From Octopus vulgaris (Eukaryota): a DNA stretch of 64,000 nucleotides. Below the pieces are notes generated by a model, which was not told the origin of the DNA, made no database searches, and saw only the letters and a list, made by a program, of their open reading frames with translations. A program made the translations under genes and the position numbers. Positions within the stretch are counted from its first letter, which is position 1. Each line of letters starts with the position of its first letter. The stretch is from positions 109,182,001-109,246,000 of the forward strand of contig OX597817.1 of assembly GCA_951406725.2 (NCBI GenBank), in the 5' to 3' direction. Shown here piece by piece: positions 40,850-54,123 of this stretch.

Positions 40850-41305
40850 GTGAGTATCGTTTGTTGAATGAAGAACAAAATGACCTACTTTTACACTGAT
40901 CATTCTGACTCATGTCACTCGTTAATTTATCATTTTTCCTCGAGTGTTTTTTGTCCTCATCAATTTTATTTATTAACACGAGAAGAACAGAAGCGCTGTA
41001 GAGCCTTGCGAGTCCAGTCGAATGTAGACATAAGTATTATGTACCGTCCAAGTCTCACATGAGAATCATTCACCACTGAATGTCTCCATTTAATATATTT
41101 GCCATTTCAATTTCAGAGTTCATATTTAAAAAATAATCCTTGACGCTAATGAGTTTTCCTTTCATTATGGATTTAATGTCCATTGATTAAAAATTTGTTT
41201 TGGCTCACCGCATTAAGTATGTTAACCCAAACTTTACTATATAATCTTTAAACTCTTTCCTGCATCATATCATACAAACAACAAAAATTTTCTTTTATAT
41301 TTCAG

Positions 41306-41374
41306 TGGAAAATCAGTGATGTCATACCATGCGACGCATCACATGAACAAAAAATGCAGTACACCTTTAAACTG
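41306..41374 (+). CDS. Candidate 69-bp internal exon (WKISDVIPCDASHEQKMQYTFKL)
   Basis: Strong acceptor TTTTCTTTTATATTTCAG and donor CTG|GTAACC. Length is a multiple of 3 and the frame is open. Product not recognised. Confidence 0.3.
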
Positions 41375-41823
41375 GTAACCAGGAAATACAGTAATTATTT
41401 TATGCCGTTGTTACACGAAGCCGAAATACTGAGTTTAGCGAGGGAAAATTATAAATGCATATAAATACAAATATTGTTTCTATATTTATTCTTCCGTAAT
41501 TGAGAAGATACGTTTGTAGGATTAATTACTCTAGCAACCACATGATTCAATGGTGTCGTGAACGACAGATTCATACGGACAATGTTTTGCATTCGATTTA
41601 TAGTATAAGTTTGACTATATATGATTATACTACTCACAACCTAGTACATACACGTGCGTGCGGGAGTGCTTATGTCTGTATATACATGCAATGCTTCGCG
41701 TAAATGTAAGCGAATGTTTGTTATACATGTGAATCCATGTGATTTAATATCCCTAAGTGAATGAACAATTCCGTCCAAAAGATCTATAGAAAGACTCAAA
41801 AATAATATACAAGTGGCTCAGCT

Positions 41824-41941
41824 ATGAACGCTGGTAGCTCTTCTGTAATGGGTGGTGGTGGTGGAGGTGGAAGAAGTGGCAGGAAATGGAGAGTGCCTGA
41901 AGATGATACTTTGCAAATTGTGGATCCAAGGCGGGGCAAGG
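41824..41941 (+). CDS. Candidate first coding exon of a host gene (MNAGSSSVMGGGGGGGRSGRKWRVPEDDTLQIVDPRRGK)
   Basis: GC-richer, protein-like island with an in-frame upstream TAA (41803) and a Gly-rich N-terminus. Ends at a canonical donor AGG|GTAAGG (phase 1), followed by AT-rich intron-like DNA. Confidence 0.55.
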
Positions 41942-42408
41942 GTAAGGTAGGTACCGTATACTTTTGTTTGCTTGATTTCCTCTAAATCCTTCATTTATAA
42001 TTAATAATTATTAACATCTGTTTATCATCTGACATCAAAAATATCTCTTGTTATATAGAAATGGAATTTTATGAGCATTTTTCTCCTATACTTTGCCGAA
42101 TATATACATACAATAATATACCAGCAAAATATATTATAATGAAACTATAGTGAATATTTTTATATATAAAAATAGCAAGATAATATTGGCGTTGTTAAAT
42201 TTTCGTCGAATTAAAATAATATAATAGAAGAATTCCATTCTGTGTAACCAGAAATTTAATTACTGAAAGCTATGAATTATTATTTCATAACATAATCCTC
42301 AATCTAAAAAAAAAAAAAAAAACAGTGATAAGATTAGCATTTTCAGTGTTTCAGATTACATTAGATCATGTCTATGAAATACTTTCAGTTAGTTAAAATG
42401 ACTTAGTC

Positions 42409-42630
42409 TTAACCCTTTGTCTGTCCATATGTTATTTCTCTGGCGTCTATGCATTATATATGATACACATTCTCAATTTGCTTTCAACCACATGAGTAAC
42501 TTAGAGGTTACGAAAGGAAAGTTCTATATTACTCAGGACGTATGAAACAGGGGCTAAATGAAATTCTGAAAACAATCATGGGATTTTAAGGCGAACTTAT
42601 TAAAATGCTTTGGACAGTCTAAAGGGTTAA
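42409..42630. mobile_element. piggyBac-type MITE with TTAA target-site duplication
   Basis: TTAA-CCCTTTGTCTGTCCA ... TGGACAGTCTAAAGGG-TTAA: imperfect TIRs that begin CCC, TTAA on both sides, 222 bp, non-coding. Confidence 0.8.
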
Positions 42631-43239
42631 GATTTATTTTGTTCGAATTTTCATTATTTCAATCACACAAATTCCATGAGTATTATTCATATCAAAATTA
42701 AGAAATCACAAAGAAATAATCAAATTTTCATAATCATCCTAGAAAGCAAATATATAAAATATAATAACTTGATAAGATAATTGCAATGTGACAGAGTCAA
42801 TTCCATATTGAAATCCAATTACGCTTCTTTTGCGACAAAGACATTAACGTGTTTGAAAGAAACAGATCAATTTGATGTAGTCTGTACAAATGGAACATCT
42901 TAGATGTTGTATTTTGTAAAGTTGTTTGCAGAATATCAGAAATGATCTATAATTTAAAATATGAAGGTGAAATATTTCAGTACGTAAATGATCTGTTTTA
43001 CGTACAATTTATATACAATTAATGTATATTCGTTCTCTCAAAACAAAACAAGAAAGTACAATGAGTAATCCTCATGAAGAAGGTATATCTACATTTGTTC
43101 AGCATATCAGCACGACTTGTAACATGGTCCATTTACATGGGAGAAAACAGAACGAGGTTTATCGAGAAAAATATTTAGCTTAACATGAAAATATTCTACC
43201 TATGTAAAACATTGTTCCGGTGAAGATGGAAGGGTTTAA

Positions 43240-43450
43240 GGGCTAGAGTGTTAAGCTCATGAGCATAAGGTCATGGGTTTAGTGCCTGGACCCTGGGACA
43301 TGTTGTCTTTGAGCATTGCATATAATTTCATGAAGCTCCAGTCTGTTCGGCTATAATGAGTACCAGCTGGGCTCCGGTGCAGTGTTGTAGCTATCAGGGA
43401 GACCAATGAATGCCTTAGTGTGTCTGAAACGACATAAAAACTTAACTCAA
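43240..43450 (+). mobile_element. SINE family C-like degenerate copy
   Basis: GGCTAGAGTGTTAAGCT...GGGTTTAGTGCCTGGACC...TGTTGTCTTTGAGCA core. Confidence 0.5.
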
Positions 43451-46039
43451 TAAGCGAAAGCGTCATAAATACCTTCATACCATATTCCACTGCAAATAAC
43501 GCGGGATACATAACACATTAAAAATAATAATATTAATGCCTGTGTTTAACATTGGATCAAAACTAGGGTTTTGTGGTGGTAGATTCATTAATTCACCTTA
43601 TTGCATAACTACCTCAATTCCTTTTTGTTACTGGTAGTATGGATGTCATTTAGCCCAACATCAGCTCTCGTCAAAAGAGTTCCAGCCATGACATTTCCTT
43701 TTCTTTGCGTATAATATAAAACTATGTAATATGTTTGTCTGCGCACGTCAGTCGATCAAACAGTTTCAGACATGACTGTCTCATGTTATTGAATATAATG
43801 AACTTCATTTTATTTTAGTATGAATAGGTATAATTTAAGAGAGATTTAATCAAATGGTTAAGTCTTCATTTTCTCAGTCACCACTGACGTTGAGGTGCAC
43901 CGCAATAAACTTAATAGTGCATTGATCTATAGAGAATTGAAGTTCACCTCAAATGTAGTTGAACCGTATTTATTTCAACGGAAATACATGCACCTTGATG
44001 GTTAGACTAATTTATAATGCTAATGAAAGATGTAGGAAACGAGTAGTAATAGCTTTAGTACAGAGTTTATTATGATAGCTAGAGTTATGATTGAAATGAT
44101 ACTTCAGTAGATTCTTATAGATGAGTGAATAGCAATAGTCTTCTTATAAGTAGGTAATTATATCTACAATGCCATATTATATAAACAAATGAACACATAA
44201 CTTACTGTAGAAAACGATTGGAGTGAAGAAAACATCATCTAGTCTAAAGAAAGGTAATCTCAAGACAAATAATTACTAAAATAGAATGAACAAAAGTAAT
44301 AAGCCGGTTATTCAGGATATGACTGCACTATAAGAAAACAAAGGATAAAATATAGCAATAAAAAATATGACGGTAGACTTGGGAAAATAATTGGATTTGT
44401 GCCTTTGTCTTTTTATATACATATATTCTGCTATATTCTATTGTTATCGCTTTGTTGATTTATGATGTTTTAAAACACCACAGAAATAAAATATGACGAA
44501 TACAGTAGAAATATATAAAAACAACAATATATAAGAAATTACTACTTATGGAAGACAGATAATCAGCAAAGGATTTAGTTATATAGCTGGAATGAACAAA
44601 AACTGGTACTAATACGTAACAAAACAAAGGAAGACAAAGAAGTGAATAAAATCAGAGTTCTTATAATTACCAATTATGGAAATTTGTCAATTTAATGAGC
44701 CAGAAAATGTTGACAACTTCATATTTAACTAACAGAAATTATACATCAGTTTTCTATAACCTCCAGACAATCCAAACATCAGATAATGCTTGAGAACAAC
44801 GTAATTGTAACGGTTAAACTCCATGGCGTTTTATACCAACAATTGTTTTACAAAAGGAAAGTGATAGAGTATATTAAGAGCCAGGCTAATCTAACACTTA
44901 GTTCATTGGTTCCGAAATTACGGTTCGCGGCATTATAACTCTGTAAAGCAAATTCTTTTAATTTTGAAATATTTGACACACTATAATGCATTTACATATT
45001 TTGATATTAGGATAGCAGAGAATTGTTGATGTTCGGAAATGGGGTACATAGGAAACATTGAGGATCACTGATTATAGTACTGTATGTCTTCAAATAATAT
45101 ATCCATTAATCTTTAATTTTCTTGCATTGCTTAGCCCCGTGTCAGCCTTGATCTAGGAGGTCTATAATCAAACCATTTCAACCGTGCCAAATTGCATTAT
45201 TTTTCAGACTTCATTTATCATACGAACCTTCCGTCCTTAAAACTTTGGTGCGTGATTTTTAGAGCGATTCGACTTTTATTGCTATCCAATGAAACAACTA
45301 AAAAAGCAAACCTGTCGATGGTATATTCAGTTTTGTATTTCGTTAACTATATCATTGTATTGTAGGAGTGTTTGGTCATGAAATTGGTATCCTATAGCAC
45401 GCGAAAGGCCTAAACATAATTCATCTTCTGTCTCTTTGATGGTGAAATATGTAGCATTGTATGACTCATCATTAGGCTGCAAATAGTCTTAGTAGATACA
45501 CGTGGGTTCTGTAGCATCTTCACAAGTATTGTTCACCAGGTACGTGTATCCACATCAAGATTACCTCTCTGTAAAGAAGATAATGGAAATATGTCAACCT
45601 TCATAAACTTTTTCAATACATATGTCAGTTAATTGTACCTCTTCATGTACCGTTTTACTGATACATGGGCTCTATTTACAATGAGTTAGCGTGAGGTAAG
45701 TGTATTTGCCAGAACATCTCTTAATCTCTAGCAGTTAAGAGATATAATCAACCTTCCTGCAGTGGATGGCACATCAAATGCGCGTGTTAGCATTAATCAA
45801 TATATATGCGCGTGAAATAGAAGTGATAAAATATAATCTATTAAGGTAATGTGACACAAATGCATAAGGTAAAATTAGATGATTTTATTTAATGGACGGA
45901 TAGGCATTTATAATCATTTAATGCTAGATATATCTTAATGGTAATTTACTTCGAATTCAAATTGAAACTGTACCCTATCCTTCGAAATAATTTGCATGTC
46001 TCCTTGCCTATTCATTTATTCTAAAGAATTATTTAGAAC

Positions 46040-46590
46040 TCCTAATGATGATAATAATATTATAACTGACCAGGCCATACTGAATTCCCTGCTGTTTGGA
46101 AGAGGATAGAGCTGTGTGATCCTCTATGGTTTTAATGTAAAATAACATAACCGAACTGATCATAGCAGAAGTAAAGAGATAAAGAGAACAAAAAAGAGAG
46201 AAGAAGGAGAAAGAAGGAGAATGTATCAAATATCTCATACTCTGTGTTGTCAGAGGTTGGGCCGCTAGACACCGCCTCCTATGCTTGAGGCCATGACAGG
46301 TCGTTGACTTAGTACTAAAGTCTGCCGCAGCGAAACGTCTAGCCCTTCTTATTCTGAATATTAGTATAGTGTTACTGAAAAAACAAACACCCATGCCTGC
46401 AATAGCGAGGCAAGAATCTTTCCTCGTTCCGATTCTTTATACCACGCCTTTTACCATCCTAGGCTAAAGATTTCCATTCATCCAAATCTATAATAATTCT
46501 CTTTAGTTCCGACGTCGCAACCTCCGTGCTTCATTTTGAAGAACTAGTCAAAATTATTCTGGCCCTTAACACGTTAGCTGGTATACACTT
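46040..46590 (-). pseudogene. Possible APE endonuclease remnant of a CR1/L2-group LINE
   Basis: GVCFF...R, LFCSLY and IEDH..LS...GLVSYN resemble GGVCAY / LCFLYxSP / GDFN motifs. Weak match. Confidence 0.3.
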
Positions 46591-47312
46591 CTGAATCATA
46601 TCTTAATCACTTCTTGCCGACAATCGCCCCTGACGATCTTGGAAACGATAGGCACGAGTAAGATAGCACCAGAAGTTGAAAGGACATGAGCGACTGGTAA
46701 GCAATTTAATGGATAGACGAAACATGATAAAAACAACCTTTCTCATTATAAGATGATAAAAACAACCTTTCTCATTATAAGAAGAATATTCCAAGAACAA
46801 CACTCACGCGCTTGTTTGCAATCTCTGTAGCTCTCTAACGCGTGTTCTCTCCGCCTCTATCTTTATTTTCTGTCTGGTATTCAAATCTTTAACAGACATG
46901 GTGTTCACATCCTTGACAGACATTTTAAACAAAACTCGACTCGAATACAAATGCGATGTTTAGACAGTATAGTATCTTCAGTATACGGATACTACCAAGT
47001 TCTATGCTGCAAATGATAAAATTGGTGAAACTACTGCAGAGAATACATGGATGTGCAAGAGAATTGAATATAATATTTAGATAAGAAAACTACGAAATAA
47101 CAATCTTGAAAAGTGGAAAATTAATTAATGTGTTTTTCAAATAGCATAATAGAGAAACTGTGATACGAACATTGGATCAAGCACATATATTAAAATACTT
47201 ACTAAATCCATGAAATAAGCAGTATTTATACCCCACAAATTAAAAATATATAACAAAAGAATATGATAGACACATTAATTTGAATGCAAAAAGAAATACT
47301 ATGTAATGCCTA

Positions 47313-48420
47313 TACAGGGGCTGGACAAAATAATTGCAACATGTTTTAAATTCAATGAATATTTTATTTATTATAGAGTTGGTCCTCCTTTAGCTTTCTG
47401 ATGAGATTCGATGTGTCTAGGAATTGATTTATACAGCTTCCTGACTTCATTGAAAGGAATCTTGAGCCATTCATCCTGCAAAACCTGCTCCAACTGTTGC
47501 AGACACGACGGTGGAGGGTAACCACTTCTAACTTGTCGCTCGAAGTTGCACCACAGATACTCAATAATATTAAGACATGGAGAATGAGGGGGCCACTCCA
47601 TGTGTTTTACCTCCCTACAATGCTTTTCAAATCAATTTTAACCACATGAGAGGTGTGTATTGAAGCATTATTATCATCTTGGAAGCAGCACTTACTGTCA
47701 GGGAATATTATCTGGACCAATGGAAAGATTTGATTTCCCAAAATATTCCGATAGTCATTGTTGTTGATCCTACCATGCAGGGCATCGACTGGGTCAAGAT
47801 AATTTCAAGAAATGGCTGCCTAAACCAACCATCACAGACCTTCCTCCGTGCTTCACTGTAGGAAGAAGGTAGTCAGGATTAAAAGCTTCCCCGGGTGATT
47901 CCACGCATTAAGTCGTCCTGTAGTAGGGAAAAGAGAAAAGCTGGAATCAATGGAGAATATTACTTGCTTTCATTGGTCTATCGACCAGCCCTTGTGATCT
48001 CTACATCAGTCCAGCCTTTTCTAAATGTTTTGATGAGAAAGGAGGGCTTTCCTGATATTGGTTCTTCTATGATATCCGGCTTTATTGAGCTCACGGCGAA
48101 CAGCCATGGTCGAAACTGGGCTAGCCAGATGTTGTAGTCACTTTAGGGGCAGTTGTCCGTTGATTTTTCATTACAATACGATTCAACACATGTCATTCTC
48201 TTTCAATGAGCTTCAAAATCTTGCCGGACTTATTCCTCCTCCTGGAGGGTTTGCTCTGCTTCTCAAATTCAGTCATGGTCCTTAATATGGTACTCTCGAA
48301 AAATTAAAGACGGAAGCTCCTGCTATTCGAGCTCCAACAATTTGCACTTTTTCGAACTCAGTGAGGTCACGCATCTTAGCTTAATTTACACTACGATCTG
48401 AAAAAGTGATAGAAATAAAC
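47313..48420 (-). mobile_element. Tc1-family DNA transposon, decayed transposase (ATG 48374 to stop 47371)
   Basis: N-terminus MRDLTEFEKVQIVGARIAGAS; C-terminus WPPHSPCLNIIEYLW...SIPRHIESHQKAKGGPT. TA-CAGGGGCTGGACAAAATAAT TIR at 47313; the opposite TIR was not found. Confidence 0.9.
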
Positions 48421-49140
48421 ATTAAATTGGATAAATAAAACCATCTACAATACATAAAAACCCTCACAATGAAATTTGGATGGATATTCGTAATATAATG
48501 GCTCATTGAAATATTGGATTATTTGAGGACATCAAACATATATAGCAAACTGATAATGTCACCAAGTAGAGAACTTTCGTTACAATGAGGATAGTAAACC
48601 CAAAACGAAACACTGCTTATTAATAAGTAACAAGCTGCTCATATTAGTATAGTGAAAACATACAATAAGGCTATGACTAATGAATGAAAGGAATAGTAGT
48701 AAGCCGTACACTACATTCCAATGAATTTACCGCTTTCACTGACAAATCGTCAATGTTTACGCCAAGTTCCCAGAATACTTTGACATTTACAATTTGTCTA
48801 TTTGGAGTATTGAGAACTCAATATATATTGAAAAAGACTGAATGTCTCCTAGCTTCCTATCCAGTATTTTTCGCGCGCAATTTAACGTCCAGGTATTCTT
48901 GTTAAACATCGGACTTTTCAAAACTTTTGTCACTCTGACATTTAGCGAAAGTTGCAACAGGGGTTTCGTATCCAGTTCTCGATGATACTTTACATATATT
49001 CATAATGTATTTTGCTTATAATTTAGCATGCATTTATGCGTATGCGCGTATGTGTGTGGTTATGCATATATATACACACACACATACATGTCTATTGATT
49101 GATAAATATAAATGAACACATAAAGATGCATCTCTCTCTC

Positions 49141-49190
<50 letters not shown>

Positions 49191-49199
49191 TGTATGTAT

Positions 49200-49304
<105 letters not shown>

Positions 49305-49539
49305 AATCCTGTTCTGTCTGTATATGTGTAAAAGATTAAAACAGCCGTATTTTTCAACTGATTTTCTCCAAACTTGGAACATACATTACTTATGCTCCAG
49401 GGATGGTTTTAGACTCTTAAAATGTTTCACACAAACATCAACGGGACCCCTGGGGACAGAAAACACCCGTTCTTGGGTTACTTGGAGATAGGAGATAACT
49501 CCTTGTGTAGTAACTATAATAATAATAATAATAATAATA

Positions 49540-49570
<31 letters not shown>

Positions 49571-49585
49571 TGATAATAATAATGA

Positions 49586-50036
49586 TAAAATTGTAAAAGA
49601 GTGCGGAGATGGTAGATGTGGGATCTGCAGTAACCCCACCTCCAAATATATAGAGGGAGACAAACAAATGAAATTTAAGAGTGGTCACATATTCAAAGTA
49701 AATGCAGATATGGAGTGCAAGACGCAGAACGTAATATACTGCATAACCTGCCTCACATGCAAGGAGAATTATATAGGTGAAACTGGAAATTCGTTATGCC
49801 AGCGAGCCAGAATTCACCGACAACATATCCGACAGGAAGAACTGCGAAAGATTCCACTGAGTAAACACCTTCTACAAATGTCCAAAGATTGACATCTCCT
49901 TCAGGAGAAATATGGAAAAATACTTCATAACAAAGTTCTCCCCCAAACTGAATGGCTGAAAATATTTCTATAATAATTTGTACTAGTTGAAGGACCAATT
50001 TTGTAAAGTAAATTGTATTAAACACACACACACACT

Positions 50037-50072
<36 letters not shown>

Positions 50073-50857
50073 GTACTACACATATTTACATATACATAAA
50101 TAAAAACACTCTTTGATACAGATTCTCCAACCCATATCAGCACAGGAATCAAACATTGGATTGAAAGAACTGAAAAGTGGTATAAATGTCAACACAATTA
50201 TTTCTCCTTCCTCTCTTTCTTTTTTCTTCCTTTCTCCATTGACACCCCTTTCAGATACACAGGCACCCACACACACACGCACACTCACAAAACAATGATA
50301 AAAAGAAATCCAGACAATTTTTTGAGAAGTGACATTTTGTCCCCCTTGAAGTGACCAGCTGGGCTTGCCGTTTCTAAAAGCCAAGAATCACTTACTATTG
50401 AAAGACTGACCAGCTGAGTTTGCCATCTCTACAAGCCAAGAATCATTTATTATTGAAAGACTGACCAGCTGCAAAGATATCAACATGTTTTTCTTCTTTC
50501 TCTCCTTCTTCTTCCTTTCATTCTCTTTTTCTTTAACACATCTTTCAGATACAAAAACACACACACGCGCTCTCTCTCTCTCTCTCACACACACTTTCTC
50601 CCCATTCCTCACCCTCTTCTACTATCTTATATCTCTCTGCACCCCTACACACTTCATAATACTATAAAAAGAGACGAAATTCCTGCAAAAGTTCAATTTG
50701 ACAACTTCACTAGAGTGGACAAAGGCGCTGTATATGATATATGATTTATAAAAACATATAACATACTAATAAATATCTGTAAATATAAAACCATCCAGAT
50801 TTCTGAGTACCTCATTTCTTCTAATAAAAAAATACCTGTACAGCATCTCCAAACCTC

Positions 50858-50860
<3 letters not shown>
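49586..50860 (+). mobile_element. Penelope-like element 3' part: GIY-YIG endonuclease and 3' UTR
   Basis: ECGDGRCGIC...CKTQNVIYCITCLTCKENYIGETGNSLCQRARIHRQHIR...LSKHL: GIY-YIG motif (VIY...YIG) with PLE-type Cys/His residues. Starts after (TAA)n and ends at (TA)n. Confidence 0.88.
50352..50471 (+). repeat. 55-bp tandem repeat, ~2.2 copies
   Basis: TGACCAGCTG starts at 50352, 50407 and 50462, with shared AAGCCAAGAATCA..TATTGAAAGAC. Confidence 0.9.
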
Positions 50861-50934
<74 letters not shown>

Positions 50935-51151
50935 AGTAAAGTACTTAGTTCGATAATCCCAATGAGAGAAGAATGTAATAACTACACTGTAATGTATATC
51001 GTCACATCAATATGGGTGTTCGACGTTACTAATATTTCTAACCACAGGGCGAGCCTCCTTCAGCTGGTTATCTATGCAATCTTCATCCGGTATACATTGC
51101 AGGCAGGGAAAAGAACCGCTACCATCTTCTGGCAGACGATGGGAACACCAG

Positions 51152-51191
51152 ACCGAACGGTTTCGGGATATCTGTGTCCATCGTCAGCGGT
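51152..51191 (-). ncRNA. Minimal hammerhead-like motif
   Basis: Minus strand reads ACCG-CTGACGA-TGGA-CACAGATA-TCCC-GAAA-CC-GTT-CGGT. Stem I is ACCG/CGGT; stem III looks like the palindrome ACCGGT lacking one G. Confidence 0.6.
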
Positions 51192-51359
51192 GAATACCCA
51201 ATCTTGCAACAAGCAAAGTGGTTAAAAAAATCTCTAAAAAAGATGCAAGAAATAACTATACTGAGAGGTCATATTTATCCCCCATCAATATGACTGTTCG
51301 ACAAATACATGCATACATACATACATACATACATACACAAACACACACACATATAAATA

Positions 51360-51404
<45 letters not shown>

Positions 51405-51410
51405 GCTGTA

Positions 51411-51493
<83 letters not shown>

Positions 51494-52493
51494 GTGTACA
51501 TGGATAGATGGATGCTTGGATGAACTGAAGGAGGAATATATGGATATATGTATGCGTGTAATTACTATGCGTGTTTATAAAATGCCTGTAAATTCAATTT
51601 TCTCTGCCATTTCATATTTACTTATTGATTGGAATTAAATAATTATTTTGTCTCTGTAGAACGATGTTCAATCTATTTCGTGTTTATTTCATGCCAGTGT
51701 AGTTAAAAATAATAAAAAACCCAATCAAATATACAAATTTGCATCTTAATTTGATGTCTTTATGGCAATTTTGAATTTAATATATCTGATGGAAATCAGA
51801 TATCTAAGAGGTTATTGTTTAACGTATCGATAAGTATTTGTATGGGGAAAATCTCCACGATAAACACAGATGTCAAACCATCTGGTACTGAAGCCTGACA
51901 ATAGCAAATTATGAGCTGCTTGAACAAACGAATAATACAATGCCGCAGCAAGAAAATTATGCACGTTATTTATATGTAGCAAAAGTATACGTATATATAT
52001 GTGCGTGAATGGGAGTGAGTGCGTGTGCTTACGTGTCTGTGTGTGTGTGTGTGTGTGTGTGATTGAGTGCTTGTATATTTGTTCATCGTTATGTGTAAGT
52101 GTACGTGCACATTAAATGAAGATTAAATCAAAGATCTGAACAAACGTAATGCACCCACACGCATACAAAATGTGACGTCAACATTGCTTGTACTGAATGA
52201 TCGCTGTAGCGAATGTCTTTCGTGTCAAGTATTGATGCACTACATTAGAAGTGGGCTGGCACACTTTTATTTTGTTGCGAGGTATAGAATTTGCAGGAGA
52301 GGTCCGAATCAACTATCATTCAATGTCTTTCCTCATGTTCATTAGCTATCCTAATGCTTCTTGTTTCATTTTTTCGTACAACCAAACTTGTGTAAGGTGG
52401 TTTACTGTGCTCTTTCCTCTGCTGCGTATGCTGCTGTAGTGTAACGATATCCATTTCAATAAAGAAAACTATCACCATTTCGCTGTTGGGAAC

Positions 52494-52537
52494 ATATTAC
52501 TGGAAATTTCAACTGATATTGAAATTTCCAGTAATAT
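52494..52537. repeat. Perfect 19-bp inverted repeat with 6-nt loop
   Basis: ATATTACTGGAAATTTCAA-CTGATA-TTGAAATTTCCAGTAATAT. Confidence 0.95.
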
Positions 52538-52771
52538 TGAGTAGCTTGCAAGTTAGTATGCCCATCTCGTTGAGCGTTGCAGTGACTGGTTTAGAAGGCC
52601 AAATTTTGGTGCGAATAAACCTAGACAGTATACAACAGTTGTAAACGATCATTTCCATGTTTCGCAAGACGAACGAATCTCTGTTAACAGTTTAACAGGG
52701 GGAAGTAGGGAAGGCGAATGTACTACAAAAAAAAAAAAAAACAAACAATTAATATTTCATAAATATAACAC

Positions 52772-53626
52772 GGAGAACTGGAAGAATCGTCAGCACGCCG
52801 GGCAAAATGTTTAGCGGCATTTCGTCCATCGGTTCGTTCCGAGGTTGACTTTGCTACTTCTCTCAGAGTCGATATAATAAGTACCAGTTGAGTTCTGGGC
52901 TTGCTGTTATTGATTTATCTCGATATTGCTGGCTTTGTGCCAAAAATTAAAACAAATATTTCAAAATTAATCAAGATTAGTGTGGCTGTGTTGTAAGTAG
53001 CTACTTTACCAACCACATGATTTCGGGATCAGTCCCACTGCGTGGCACCTTGGGCAAGTATCTTCTACTATAGCCTTGGGCCGACCAAAGACTTGTGAGT
53101 GGATTTGGTATACGGAAACTGAAAAGAAGCCCGTCGTATATATGCATATGTATATGTATATATATATATATATATAATGTGTGTGTGTGTGTGTTTGTGT
53201 GTGTGTTTGTGTTTGTGTGTTTGTCCCCCAACATCGCTTGACAACCGATGCTGGTGTATTTACGTCCCCGTAACTTAGCGGTTCGACATAACATACCGAT
53301 AGAATAAGTAGGAAAGATTAGGTCCTGGAGTCGATTTGCTCGACCAAAAGGCGGTGCTCCAGCAGGCCGCAGTCAAATGACTGAAACACGTAAAATAGAG
53401 TAAAAAGAGTATGACGAGCTGACAGGATCCTTAACAAGCCACGCAAAATGCTTAGCGACATTTTGTCTCTCTGTACGTTTTAAGTTCAAATGCCAACGAG
53501 GTTGACTTGGTCTCTCATCCTCACAGTCTCGATAAAAGAAATACCAGTTGAGTATTATAGTCGATGTAATTGACTTGCCCCGTCTCAGAAATTGCTGGCC
53601 TTGTGTCAAAGCTTAAAAGCAATATT
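52772..53626 (+). mobile_element. SINE cluster A-B-A
   Basis: Family A at 52772-52960, full family B at 52980-53400 and family A at 53413-53626, all on the + strand. Confidence 0.85.
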
Positions 53627-53937
53627 TCATAAATATAATGATAAGAATTAATATTTCATAGATACAACGATCGAAAAGATCTCGAAGAAAGCTATTTTGA
53701 GTTTCCTATTTATCTCATTTTTACCAGTATCTTCTTTATCATTCCCCGTTTGATAACCTGCAAACACCTCCATTTTGACAGATGCAAGTGATGCCGACAA
53801 AATTTTAATACAAAGAGACTGGACTTATCTTGTGGCAGCATCGGAAAGAAGATTGTTTCTAAACGTTCAAATATTTATAATGGTGTGTGTGTGTGTGTGT
53901 ATGTATATGTGCATGTATATATGCATACATATATATA

Positions 53938-54005
<68 letters not shown>

Positions 54006-54006
<1 letters not shown>

Positions 54007-54123
54007 CACGTGATCACGTGACCGACCAGACCATCAGATGTTGCTACACATCGCTGGTCACAATGCGTTCGCATTGTTTTAGCCTTCGAATGACGCCACC
54101 CCGCTGGCTAAGCGAACAGGCCA
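54006..54123 (-). mobile_element. RTE-type 3' tail fragment
   Basis: Minus strand TGTGACCAGCGATGT...CTGATGGTCTGGTCGGTCACGTGATCACGTGATA parallels the RTE tail at 9019-9080. Confidence 0.7.

Noticed and set aside
46626-46653. GCCC-CTGACGA-TCTTG-GAAA-CG-ATA-GGC hammerhead-like string
   Set aside because: Stem II is essentially absent; kept only as a weak possible relic.
46724-46781. Short exact tandem duplications (29 bp here; also ~24901, ~40277, ~62566 and ~20259)
   Set aside because: Ordinary slippage or repair duplications with no sign of function.
49422-49892. 156-aa ORF as an intact GIY-YIG gene with poly-Asn
   Set aside because: Chimeric read-through of unrelated upstream DNA, a (TAA)n tract and a truncated PLE fragment, with a non-ATG start.
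50352-50471. Regularly spaced TGACCAGCTG as a CRISPR-like array
   Set aside because: The intervening sequences are themselves near-identical, so it is a tandem repeat; the context is eukaryotic with no cas genes.
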